Source: Azolla caroliniana (taxonomy: Eukaryota; Plantae; Polypodiophyta). Taken from it: a stretch of 14,612 nucleotides of DNA. The stretch spans positions 1 through 14,612 of the forward strand of contig JBHGNT010000852.1 of assembly GCA_043228905.1 (NCBI GenBank), given 5' to 3'. A program made the translations under genes and the position numbers. This document shows positions 1 to 10,804 of the stretch, piece after piece (position 1 is the stretch's first letter; every line of letters starts with the position of its first letter). The notes under the pieces are model-generated. The model had not been told where the DNA came from. It worked only from the letters and a program-made list of their open reading frames with translations, and did not search any database.

Positions 1-251
1 AAGATGATAAATAATCAGTTGTAAGCTGCCACAGAGGAAACAGTGTTATATTGAATTCAGGTTCCCAAATGAAAATTCGATAAATTACACTGTCAATGAT
101 TGACCAAGAGGAATTTCTTATAGTCTACTAATAATGGTATATCATATGTAATTGTCGTATATTAGTTTATCCCCAACGTGGGAATTCCAAAAACTCCCAA
201 ATTATTTATATAGTTAAATAGAAAATTTTGCTTCTCAGGTAATGAAAGAAC

Positions 252-485
252 CTTAATAGCATCTTCTCCTTCTTGGAAGAGATCATCTTGCTTGACACAT
301 GCTATATCTATATACGGGGTGATTAGAACAACATTTTGTTCTTCTCTCAATCTTTGTTGTAAAATTTCTTCAGTATCACGCTCGATATCACGAACAGACT
401 TGATTGCTTCTCGTTCAGCCGTTAAGAGGGTATTATATTCATCCAATTTCTCGAAACTTGTCATTGCTGGACTAAATGGATCTAC
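252..485 (-). CDS. DRC7: DRC7 exon, coiled-coil region (VDPFSPAM...EGEDAIK)
   Basis: Acceptor TATTTGCAG|GTA, donor AAG|GTTCTT, 234 nt. Within ORF 162-563. The gene continues beyond the window. Confidence 0.88.
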
Positions 486-3400
486 CTGCAAATATAATGT
501 TTTTATTGTGTCTTTGGAAGGGGCAGTAAATATACATATAAACACAGTCGCCTTTGCCTGCACTAATGCTACTCAAGATGGTTGGATTCTAATAGAGGAA
601 TAGCTTCAGGTATATTTGCAGAAACTAGAGAATATTAATTGTCCATGAGGAGCGCACCAAAACTAGATAATCGCAGTAATCAATAAATGCTGTTTAGAAT
701 AAAACCATGTGAGAGAATGTATCACCATGTGATCTCAAAAGACAAATTGAAGAGAAGGCCATAATATCCCAAGGCAACGAGGAAAGCTTGCTTTCTTGCC
801 ACTGCTGTCCTTGGTAATCCAGCTGAAGCATCTCATTGTCTCAAGGTGTGAATGATATCAGACCATGCATTTACCAGCGCTACCAAAGTCGAATGTGTTT
901 CTCCACCTAGGATGTGAACACTTCTAATACACCTCAGAGTAGTATTAGAAGTGCTACAGAAAATAACATATATCTCAATGATCTGGCTCCTCTGATAGCA
1001 AATAAAAGTGAGCATGAAGAAACCCCGTCAGCGAATAAATACATGACCAGTCTATGCTCTCAAAGGGAGATACCAGTTGTGCAAGTCGGCATGAAAGAAA
1101 TAGACAACATCAACTATAGAAGTGGGTTCATCCTTAGCATCAATACTGTATTGGGAACAATGCATAGAGAGTTCATATATAACATCTGCAGTCAAAAATC
1201 TAACTTTGGGGAAGAAAGGACCTTGGAAGAAACTAGATCCAGGTATATCATTCACTATTTTCATTTTCAAGGTACATTAGAGAAGATTTCATATACTCTC
1301 CATGCTTCTATGGTGGTAAATACCTCTTGCACTAGCTCCCTTACATTTGGATGGGTGATTTGTGAAAGGTATAAACTACAAAGAGATTGGATATCTGGCA
1401 TATGAAAGCACCTGTGCAAATCCAATAAATATGATACAATAGCATCATTTTGATCACCAGTATTGAGCTCTTGCCCTGGGTGGCCTTGCCAGTCATTGAA
1501 GCAGGAAAAGGCTGTTTTCTAATATTTCCTGGAGGGGAAACAAGGAGTTTTATTTTTACAAGCTTTCAATTCTCTCTAAAAGACGTTAATATGTCTTTCT
1601 TTCTCCAGCAATGCCTTTCTATGTGTGCACTTCCTGTATTGGTGATTCATGAGTTTCGTTAACCTTGCAAGTGGCTCTTCAAAGAGTACGTTGTAAGCAT
1701 GTTGGTGCTTCAATTTTGCAATTATATAACTTGTTTTACACCATGCTTATCTTTGCAAGTATGTTGACACTTTAGGATGTGAATATAATTAGGATCTTGT
1801 TCCTGTTCACATCCTCAAATTGTAGTATGGTCAATATGTTTTCTGCCTTTATGCCCCTGTACAATTGACAACTTCGTCTCACTTTATTGTATTCCTACGG
1901 GACAGCTGGAAACAAATCTGGAAGTTGGTATGGGCAACTCTCAAATTGTAGCTATGGTCAACTTCTTGTCTCTATAGTGTGTAATGCTACTAATCCAATA
2001 GATATGTATAATGCTAATGCATCAACGAGCTGAAAACATAAAACTACCACCAAACATATGTACCTCATTCCACAGGAAAAAACTTTGAAGTAACATAGAA
2101 ATCTTTACTGTACCTGCATTAAGGTCAATGATCCATCTTTCTTGTACATACGAGAATTATGAGTTATGTGTCTCTCTATGTGATGGTAATCAACCCTTAT
2201 CTCATCAGTGCTTAGCTTGAAAACGTATTTAGCCACATTGTCTTTTGGACGTGTTCCATTCCTTAGCTCATATCTATTTCAAGAAGTACCAGATCACAGG
2301 GTATCCTTCTCAAGCAACAAATCATGTAGTTTTAACAAGCACTTACTTTAGACTGATCTTGATGATAGGGAGAAGCTTTTCAGCTATAATTCGTCTCTTC
2401 GGAATTGGCAGGAGTTTTTTCTCTTCCTGTTTATCTGATGAAGCAGTTGACAGTTTGTTCCTGTTGCTTGGACTGAGAACAGGAATGGTTATGTTTGCAT
2501 CCATAAACATGGAAGTATGGATTTGGAAACGAAACATTCAGTCGTGGTTCAAGAAAACTAATAGAATACCTTCCTTGCCAGCGTGACATCACCCTTGAAC
2601 GAGTCCTGCTTCTCAGGCTATCGACAGACATTCTTCCAGCCCTACTACTTCCTTCTAACCGTACACTTCCTGGCCTCGAGACACTCCCTTTAGTGGAGCC
2701 ATCACCACGGATACCAGAATCACTCTCTAAGTGCCTCTCATTTAGGACCTTTGGAGTCTGTTCCTCTCTAGTAGGTGGTTTTGGCAGTCCATAGCAAACA
2801 CATCGATATATTAGACAATCTTCCTGGTTAAAGAACCTTTCCACTATCTTCTTTCCAATAATCTGCAAAAGAAAAGAATTCGAAAATGAGAATGCAGAGT
2901 AGAAGTGGATTTTATGTTATTTCTTCAAGAATAAAGAGTTATAAAAGGTTATCTTACTTCCTCTCGGCTGAGTAGTCCATCATTTCTACAGTTTTCATAA
3001 AACAAGAATTTGCGGCTCTCTCCATCAATTATCTCTGTTTCTTTCAAGGAAAAACTTGCACCGGCATCAAAAAAATCATGGACCTGATTCATTTTTCTAA
3101 TGTTACGAAATTTTCTTGGCATTATTAGGCAGAAAATTAGCCATAAATTTGATGCAACTTTGAGGAATTAAAATGGTGTATGTTTAGGAGAAGAATTGCA
3201 AGCATTTTGAAGACTAATTGATACATAAGAAAATAACCTCTTCACATCAGTTAGAGATCGAGAATGGATTTGCCAAATTTTCCGTTGAGATGTTGATTTA
3301 GAAGAAGATTTTGGTTGACTTAGTGCTATGTTTTTTATGAAACAAGGGGGAGATACCATTGCTTCTTCACACAAGGCTTTGGTCCACTTTGCAAGATGAA

Positions 3401-6400
3401 GGCACAAACAACCAATGATGCTGGGGTAGGTGCGTGCTAGATGTAATATAGAAGAGTAAATTTTTCGTACAGTGTAGAAATTTGGGAACTGAGCCTTCAT
3501 TGGCTCATAACTGGACAGATTTAGAGAGACCTTTAGTCTTGATGATTTCTCACTTAATAAAGCAATATAATCCAGGTGGAGTTGGGAGCAGTGACCAGTA
3601 TCCAAAGAACTTCTGCGCTTCCCAAGCAAAGGTACCCAAGATTGGCATTAAGGTCATTGAAACAACTAGCCAAAAATGGAGATAATCATTGTTGGTATGC
3701 TGAATGGTTCCAATTGTATGGATGTCAAATATACCTTTGATGTCCACACCTGACCATGACTAAACAGGAAAAGAATAGAGTGATCTGAACTAATATCATT
3801 AAATTGGATCAGTCCCACATCTCTTGGTAGAAAGATGGCTCACCACAAGGCACTCTTTTTACACATGTAGCTGGATGGATTTATTATAAGATCTTATACA
3901 GATACACCTCTATCTCCTATGCTCGGTAGTGTGATAGGACTGCTGTGTACCTCTTCACAACAATTAGAAATTGAGATAGGGAGACATGCAGACAAATCTA
4001 TGGAAGAACGGATATGCCAATTATGCCATCAAGGGGTAGAATAAGAAGACACTAGCTGTCACTGCAGTGTTTTTTATGAAATAGGAGGGAGATATTACTG
4101 CCTTTTCAAAGAACGCTTTGGCCCACTACAAAGAGGCCATGGAATACAAAGACCAGCAATGGTTGGTCAAGAGACCGAGAAAAGCTGTTGATCAACAACA
4201 ATACAACCATAACACCTCTTCAATAGAGGACAAGCACAACTTTCTTTAGCCACATCACTCCTCGAACAAGACACTTGAAAGATGTTACAATAAATCATGC
4301 AATAGTAATGTGCATGCAAATAGGCCACAACCTCGTTACCCTTGTCATTGACAAATAAAAGCCACTATCACCCGGCACCAAAGATGTTTCTCTTTCTTCG
4401 GAGAGCTCTCCATCTTGAAGTGTTTAATGTTGGAGATTTTTCAAAGACAAAAGTTTCAGTCTAAGTTTAGAATCTTAATTTCTTAAATATATAGATTTAG
4501 TACCATATGTTTAGTTGTATTTACTTTGGTTTGTTGTCCTGAAAAGACAAGAAAACATTGCAAGATGTAACCTCTTGTTTGGTCTTATAGGCCATTTTGG
4601 CCTCTTAAAAGACATTAATATAGCATTCATTCGTTCATCTTTAGCACCACCACTCCTTTCTCTCATACTAGAGGTCAATCAAGGAATACAGAAGAAGTGC
4701 CCGACCATATCATTTGAATTGGATCATCATATACATCTTTCAGTGTACTAACATGCTAATAGAACAAAAGGCTCTGTGAGAAAATATGAAAGTACCTACA
4801 GTTGTCTGAGTGAGCAGCATCTCTGTTAATGAGTATGAGTGCTGGATATCCATACCAAGGTGTAACATCGTACAAGAATCTCATCAGATGTGATAATTAC
4901 TAAGATATATACGAGTGTCTATTAGAGTCCATAATCATGGATTCAATCTTTTAACACAAAATAATCAATATGTCTCTGTCCTTTTCCTGTCAATTCTGAT
5001 TGACATCGTTACAGTTTAGTTCCCTCCCCAATTTTACATGCATTTCCACTTAGCCAATAATAATACCATGTTGCCTTCAACTACTTCTCATCTTGGTGAA
5101 TTTAAATTGGTTTTTAGTATGAAGAAGAGTACAACATTTAAGATTTACAAGTTCAAAGTTATGTTGGAATAAATACTTAGAGCTAAACCTTGTTTAAGTT
5201 CGGGATAAAAATGCGCTTTCGAAGTGCATCCTTCCGACGCTGAAAGAAGTCGTGGATTTCTGATACATTGGTCCTTTCATCATCTTCATATAAGATTATC
5301 CTTTCAATTAAGCCATCCCATCGTACAAAGTCACCATAGAAGGAGTAAAGTTCATGTGAGCATCGGTGATAGTATGTCCTTTTCGCACCTTTTGGACACC
5401 TGGAGTAAACAGTGTGCCAAAAATCCATGAGTACTAGAAGTGAATAGAGGAAAATGAAGAATCAGTCCTTGTGAGAAAATATATGTCCAAGTAACAAAAT
5501 GACAGGATTGAAATATCAGTCTACAAATGGTTGTAATTTTGAAGAACTACACATAAACGTAAACCTAAAAACTTATAATTTTGCAGCATACATAAACAAA
5601 ACAAATGAGCTATCATGTAGTCATATCTCCATTGGATGGCATGTTATATTTGCAGAGATGATTGTCACTTGTCAAATATGGTAAATATAGCTCTTATAAA
5701 CCAACTTTACAAACTAATATCTAGTTCATCTCACATATATAATAATATTTGAGTTTATATACCATGATGGGGTCTTCATAGTTTTGATAACCTAACACAT
5801 GTTTTAAGCTGAAATAAGCACAAACCTAGTTTCCCTAATTCTCTTGGGTGTTCAACACAATAGGTCTTCTCCCAAGGTAACCATCAATCGCGAGTAACAG
5901 AAGAAAGAAAGAAAGAAAGATATATTAACGTCTTTTAAGAGGCCAAAATGGCCTATAAGACCAAATAAGAGATTACATCTTAAGTGTTGTCTCGTCTTTG
6001 AGAACAAATCAAAATAAAATAAATATTACACAGTAAATATAAAAGTAAATAGCATGAAAAGAAAAGAAAAGAGGGAATCTGGTTTTTGGCACATGTGAGA
6101 TCCTCACGTTAGGTATATTGTAGCTTTTGTCTTCGAAAGATCTCTAGCATAGGTCGATCTAGAATGGAAATGTCTCCGAAGCGAGGGAAGCACCTACGAT
6201 GGTGGGAGAATGGCTTTTAGGAAAATGCATTTTGAAACATTGTCATGTGAATGTGTATCAGATCTATAAGTGCATGGGTTGAACCTGTATGATTCTGGAC
6301 TGGAAGATGGATGAAATGGACAAAATGTGAGATTAATCTGGTTAAAAAGACACCAGGTGCCAAGGGCAACATGACGATGTAATGACGTATTATGAATAAC

Positions 6401-9400
6401 TAACAATCAGGTTTAGTGACAAGTATTGGATTAGATGCCATCAAAAATTATCTATTACGGGCTGATCCATGAACTCGTCATCCTGGTTGGCGATGATCTA
6501 TCTTCAATCATAGTTTTGTTTCTAGTGGAACCAGGCCCTCAGTAAGAATAGGTTACTTTGGTGCTTGCTGGTTATGATATCTTGTTTCATGATTTGGCTC
6601 CATCTGATATATGAGAGTTGATGGAAAACTCTACACATCAAAATGTGTTCCAACATTACATATTTGGATTAAATGTTACATCGTAGCTTCATATTTGTAT
6701 AGTCACATGCAGGACAACAGTTCAAATTTTCAACTGCTGTAAATAAATAGAAGACTGACCTTGTTATATAAGCTTCTATGGGAATCATTAATGAGGGAAC
6801 CCATGAAGGCGGAAGAAGCCAGTGATATGGCTTCAGGAAACCATTTTTCGTGACATCTTCGTGATCTAGCTTATCTAATCCATCTTTTGAAATTGCAATT
6901 CCTGCCTTGCTATTTGATTTTGTTGCTAAAGTTGTGTTACCTTCCATATTCGAGCTGACAACACTGCTTTCTGTTTGCATCCCTCCACTTAAGAAAGAAT
7001 CCAGAACCCTTTCCCATTTTCTAATATCTCCCAATTCCCATGACATGCTATCTAAACCTGATCTGCTGGGATTAGTTTGCATATTGATAAAAATATTGTG
7101 CTGATTCCAAATGTATTCAACAGCTTGATATGGAGAGCCATGTAGTTCATAACGGTATCCAGTGCTAGGCTCGATGAAAAAGTTTTCAGAGATATCTCTT
7201 TTATTTGATGTTACTAAAACCCAACAATGTAGGCGTTTCTTATCCAGCACATCAAGACTTTCAGTTGCAGTGTTGCTTATTCCTGACATTACTTCAGCAG
7301 CATTTTGTTCAGGTTGGATACAACTTGTATTTTCAATTTCCATTTGTTTTATCCGCTCCTCATCAAGGACTTCATATGGAACTCTTTCATTGCAATATGT
7401 GAACAAGTTGTCTTCCTCTTCATTTTGCCCCATATGCACACCATGCTCATATATGCCCTTGAAACCTTGAATGAATTTCCATACAAGTGTGCCTCTATCT
7501 TGCTTATGTAGGTTTAGAAATTGCTCGTTAAGTATGGGGGATGATTCTTGGATATAGTCACTTTCGATATTGGCCTGGACAATACAGGAAGAGATACATC
7601 ATGTATATAAGTATCGATCAGGAATCTATAACATTTGTGTGCATGATACACCTTTATTCATCTTTCCTTCATTACTATACAGTATTTTACTTCAACTCTA
7701 GGGTTAGTAAGACTTGAGGAGCAATACGTATATTAAATAATATGCCCATTACTAACCTTGTCTGTCTTTTGTGAGGGATGAAGATTCTCCTTCTCATGAC
7801 AAGGCTCATTCTCCTTTGCTTGAATGTATGGACAGGTAGTATATTCCTGCCAAAGAATGTATAATGTGAAATATGCATCCAACCAAATAATAATAAGAAA
7901 ATATAAAAACATTAAAGGAAATCAGAAAACAAGAATGAAAGTCTATGGTTTTTCTTCCTCTTGCATTTTCACTTCAGTAAGAGAGTTTGATGCTGGCCAT
8001 GCAAATATTACTTTTCCGAAAATTAATATTTCTTGTAAGATTTTCTATCTGTATAAAAACTCTCAGTAGATACCATACCCGTTAACCACTGTGCAGAAAG
8101 CAGGGCTTCTAGCTATAAAATATTTGGTGAATTCTCAGTAGATAAATATAGTAGTTTACCACACTGCAGACAGCAGGGATTGATAAATAAATTCAGAAAA
8201 TACACCAAAAACATGCCGTGTGGCCTAAATCTGAGTGGAGTACAAAAACAAATATTCACTTGTATACTTTTCTTTTTGATCAATATTTTGACAATTAGCA
8301 TGTATTCAATCCAAGATGCAAATTCCATCACAGTTCCTTCCTTGTATATAAAAGTCATTAAAACCTGATTGTTTGTTGTGATATGCAGTGGAGCATATCC
8401 AACAACACAAAATGCTTCATACCCTGCTCCTGAGAGAAATGAGGTCAAAAGTACTGCAAAATCAAAGCAATCTGCTCTCCTCCACTACAGCCAATCAAAA
8501 AATTACAATGCATCAATACTTTTTCAAAATAACTGAAGATAGATCAATCATATCATTTAAATAAGTGACAACATAAAATGCTACATAGCTATTATTTAAG
8601 GCATTATACACACATGATGTGAGATAACAATTTTTGGGGCAATAGATAAATAAAGAGGTTTGGTTAGATTAAGGATACAATTAGACCTCAATAGTTCCTG
8701 AAACTTACAGATTTCAGTTCCAGACAAAATATCACATGCAAATCCGAACATGATACACACAGACCTTGAATTGTACATGTAGTTGTTCAGTTGATGAATT
8801 TCCAACAAGCCAAAAATCACAATCATGAACGTTGAATACATAAAATAAAGTTATTTTTCTATAATAAAACATACACATTCGAACAATTGAATTAAAATTT
8901 GTATTCTTATACAAGGCTGCTCAAGAAATGCAATGTGAGAAACCTACTCCAGCTTTACAGATGAAGCCAAGGTATTAATTTTTCCCGAGGTATGAGCCTG
9001 TAAGGTAGAAATGAACTGAACTTAAATGCTACAGTAACATCTCCAAAAGGCCACTGTGACCTATGAAAGCAAAAGCTACATCCATGTGCATCCTAAGGAA
9101 ATCTGGTGAAATAAAGCACAATTAGGTATAATGATGTTGGTTCCATGGTACCATCATGTACCATCATGTATATTCATAGGAACAACAAAATTCTATTGCG
9201 TTCAACAATAATGAAGACTGGTGTTTTGATGGCTGAATTGTTGGTCTAAATAGTCGACTCCAAAGTCATGTACAGACTCGGCAATTGCATTTTGAATGAA
9301 AGGAGGACACAAGAAATAAACAGAGGTCAGCAGTATATTATTTTTACATTTTTTATTACATCTATAATGACAAGACATTGAATGCAATAATCTGCAGATG

Positions 9401-10399
9401 TATAAATATGTGAAAACTGGAAAACGGCCAAGCTAACATCCAGGTCAAGGAAATGCAAATGAGTTTCAATGCTAATAGTTTGTCAATCATCCTCTTCTTT
9501 TACTTTAATATAAACATCTCTTTTGTTTTATTTGAAAATCAATCAAACAAAGGATATCATTTTTGAGTACATGCTTATTGATTGAATATCTCTTACATTT
9601 AGAACTGAAATCGGTGATGGCAGATACGATGGAAACATGATGGGATTCTCTAAAGGCTCATAAGTAATAAAGTTAGCCAGAAATGATGCACATGATTCCC
9701 ACTGAAAGAACTCTACATAATCTGAATGTGAAGGTCTGATTGTAGTACAGATACACTTGACAATGTCGCACTCATTCAATGCAGCAAACATGAAGGGTCT
9801 TCTATCTCGATATCTTTGCATAAACTGTAAACAGTTTTGAAAGTTAAACTTCTTTTAAAAATCTCCAAGTGATGCCAGCCTATCCTGGTTTTATAAATTT
9901 GCTACAAAAAACATCAAAATAACAATCTATAACTCAATGAGAAATTTAAACAAAATTGAAGTTTTATAGAGTGATGCTGTAATATGTACATTTATCCTAA
10001 CTATGTCATGGTTATCGTTTTGGAAGATAACATGCTATATTAACATAAAAAACTCAAAAAATGGAAGTTCAAAGATAGAGAGTACTCTTCGTTCATAGTT
10101 CTTTATGTGTTCCAGCAGATGGGATTCTTTATCTGATAATATCCGGAATGACTTAGGTAGTTGTAGCATCTGTAAAGCTGTCTTTAAGAAGTTATTTGAT
10201 AGCTTAAAACTCCACAGTAATTCAGTGAAATTCTAGCATAAATGTGAGAATATATATTAAATAACCAGACCTGTGTCTGTCTTAAAAAGAGAATCCTTGC
10301 AGTTTTGTTTTGCAGAGGTTTGTCAGTTTGGATGTCACCAACCTTCAAAATTTCCAAAAATGTTAGATGTTGTATGGGAGAATCTGCGTCTATTTTCAT
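252..10399 (-). CDS. DRC7: Dynein regulatory complex subunit 7 (CCDC135/FAP50), spliced, 3'-partial; complement join of 10399-10271, 10169-10086, 9824-9597, 8484-8365, 7846-7757, 7574-6760, 5399-5189, 3083-2958, 2862-2570, 2472-2347, 2273-2114, 485-252
   Basis: All 11 introns are GT...AG with matching phases, giving 2616 nt (872 codons) without a stop. DRC7-type motifs occur in order: LPKSFR..KESHLL, LNECDIVKCICTTIRP, WESCASFLANFITYEPL, ADCFDFAVLLTSFLSGAGYEAFCVVGYA, RLHCWVLV, FFIEPSTG, WNQHNIFINMQ, LPPSWV, RCPKG, RWDGLIERI, FQRRKD, RNDGLLSREE, IRVDYHHIERHITHNSR, then a coiled coil. Confidence 0.92.
2114..2273 (-). CDS. DRC7: DRC7 exon (YELRNGTRPKDNVAKYVF...SLTLMQ)
   Basis: Phase-2 acceptor AAATAG|A, donor CAG|GTACAG. 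Motif VAK.VF...IRVDYH....IT. Not in the ORF track. Confidence 0.9.
2347..2472 (-). CDS. DRC7: DRC7 exon (SPSNRNKL...EKLLPIIKISLK)
   Basis: Phase-2 acceptor TTCTCAG|T, donor AA|GTAAGT. PIIKIS resembles the DRC7 PI.K.T..F motif. Confidence 0.8.
2570..2862 (-). CDS. DRC7: DRC7 exon (IIGKKIVERFFNQEDCLIYRCVCY...SRWQG)
   Basis: Acceptor TTTTGCAG|ATT, phase-2 donor AG|GTATTC. 5' part of ORF 2431-2868. Confidence 0.82.
2958..3083 (-). CDS. DRC7: DRC7 exon (VHDFFDAGASFSLKE...DGLLSREE)
   Basis: Acceptor AATCAG|GTC, donor GAA|GTAAGA, 126 nt. Motifs F..G...LKE and FY...R.DGL..REE. Confidence 0.9.
3215..3430 (+). mobile_element. Second, internally deleted fragment of the same LINE C-terminal region
   Basis: acctcttcacatcagttagagatcgag (TSSHQLEIE) and gttttttatgaaac...gctttggtccact parallel 3949-3976 and 4068-4127. 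Confidence 0.65.
3440..4640 (+). mobile_element. Decayed 5'-truncated non-LTR retrotransposon (LINE, RTE-like) in a DRC7 intron, antisense to the gene
   Basis: Frameshifted ORF2 C-terminal remnants: YSVEIW, HNWTDLERPLVLMISHLIK, LPKQRYPRLAL, CWYAEW, and the Cys/His knuckle SSQQLEIEIGRHADKSMEERICQLCHQGVE*ED..CHCSVFYEI. Followed by a 3' UTR with a stem-loop (4582-4613) and a degenerate (CATT)n tail. Boundaries approximate. Confidence 0.8.
5189..5399 (-). CDS. DRC7: DRC7 exon (RCPKGAKRTYY...PNLNK)
   Basis: Phase-2 acceptor TACTCCAG|G, donor AAG|GTTTAG. Within ORF 5183-5428. Confidence 0.92.
5899..6200 (-). mobile_element. Truncated 3' end of the same LINE family (or a derived SINE) with (TTTC)n tail
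   Basis: Reverse complement contains cttcggagac...gacctatgctagagatctttcgaagacaaaag...aagatgtaatctcttatttggtcttataggccattttggcctcttaaaagacgttaatatatctttctttctttc, matching 4396-4640. May extend further right. Confidence 0.8.
6760..7574 (-). CDS. DRC7: DRC7 large exon (ANIESDYIQE...EAYITR)
   Basis: Acceptor TGTCCAG|GCC, phase-2 donor AG|GTCAGT. Contains most of ORF 6669-7439 with RLHCWVLV, FFIEPSTG, WNQHNIFINMQ and LPPSWV. Confidence 0.9.
7757..7846 (-). CDS. DRC7: DRC7 exon (EYTTCPYIQAKENEP...KTDK)
   Basis: Acceptor TTTGGCAG|GAA, donor AAG|GTTAGT, 90 nt, phase 0/0. Supplies the CP that follows the GYA motif in DRC7. Confidence 0.8.
8061..8178. repeat. Degenerate intronic direct repeat (about 45 bp, 72-bp spacing)
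   Basis: tctcagtagata...acca...gcaga.agcaggg at 8061-8105 and 8133-8178. Confidence 0.7.
8365..8484 (-). CDS. DRC7: DRC7 exon with transglutaminase-like Cys motif (WRRADCFDFAVLL...TTNNQ)
   Basis: Acceptor TGTAG|TGG, donor CAG|GTTTTA, 120 nt. Motif DCFDF...GAGYEAFCVVGYA. Confidence 0.93.
9597..9824 (-). CDS. DRC7: DRC7 exon (FMQRYRDRRPF...SPISVLN)
   Basis: Acceptor TTTACAG|TTT, donor AAT|GTAAGA. Overlaps ORF 9543-9821. Motifs NEC..K..CTTIRP and PSYLPSP. Confidence 0.93.
10086..10169 (-). CDS. DRC7: DRC7 exon (MLQLPKSFRILSDKESHLLEHIKNYERR)
   Basis: Acceptor TTTACAG|ATG, donor AGA|GTACTC. 84 nt, too short for the ORF track. Resembles the DRC7 N-terminal LPxSY..KExLL motif. Confidence 0.85.
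10271..10399 (-). CDS. DRC7: DRC7 probable first coding exon (MKIDADSPIQ...RILFLRQTQ)
   Basis: ATG at 10399, open frame, phase-0 donor CAG|GTCTGG, 101-nt intron to the next exon. An acceptor TTTTCAG at 10449-10443 suggests a further upstream exon. The start codon is uncertain. Confidence 0.5.
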
Positions 10400-10742
10400 G
10401 AAAGCAAAATGCTCTTCAATACTTATGATTAAATAACGCAATCTGAAAATAAAATGAGAAAATTAGGTTTTCTAGCCCAAGGTCACTAGCAATTCAGATT
10501 GTGGGTCATATCCTCTTTTACAACTATCTCAAAGCAACGTGTGGATACCCAGTTTGCCTTATCAGAATTTACTTTATTCTACATCATAGATTGAAAATAT
10601 AATGCAAAATATAAGGCACCGTAGTATGTTAATTGCATTCCTTGCACTCAGTTTTGCAAGAGTTTTGCAAGAGCCCAGGAGAATTGATAGAAGTATGTGT
10701 CCAGCATTGGTTACAACACTGTGAGAGAATGGATCATGCGAA

Positions 10743-10792
10743 CAGATTCACCTTGCAGATTCACCTTGAAGTTCAAGACCAGATTCACCTTG
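10743..10792. repeat. Three copies of the 13-mer cagattcaccttg
   Basis: Exact copies at 10743, 10756 and 10780. Confidence 0.9.
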
Positions 10793-10804
10793 CAGAATGA
10801 ATCT

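Noticed and set aside
292-603. Plus-strand ORF (likewise 2245-2586, 5224-5430 and those at 6907-7511)
   Set aside because: Antisense shadows of DRC7 exons.
914-1405. 163-aa plus-strand ORF as a nested gene
   Set aside because: GTG start, no recognisable motifs, and it is antisense to a more protein-like decayed frame.
1574-1602. ctctaaaagacgttaatatgtctttctt resembles the LINE 3' terminus
   Set aside because: Under 30 bp, AT-rich and lacking the stem-loop; could be chance.
1814-1961. 21-22 bp direct repeat ctcaaattgtag(c)tatggtcaa, and a doubled 10-mer gtaccatcat at 9148-9167
   Set aside because: Small intronic duplications typical of repair or slippage, with no sign of function.
3168-3747. 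Minus-strand ORFs of 153 and 65 aa
   Set aside because: Antisense shadows of LINE remnants; not needed for the DRC7 exon chain.
8160-8224. Exon-like 65-nt segment (TTTAG|GCC...TG|GTAAAC) in a DRC7 intron
   Set aside because: It would shift the frame, has no DRC7 similarity and overlaps a local repeat. The direct 8365 to 7846 splice restores the expected CP motif. A poison exon cannot be excluded without RNA data.
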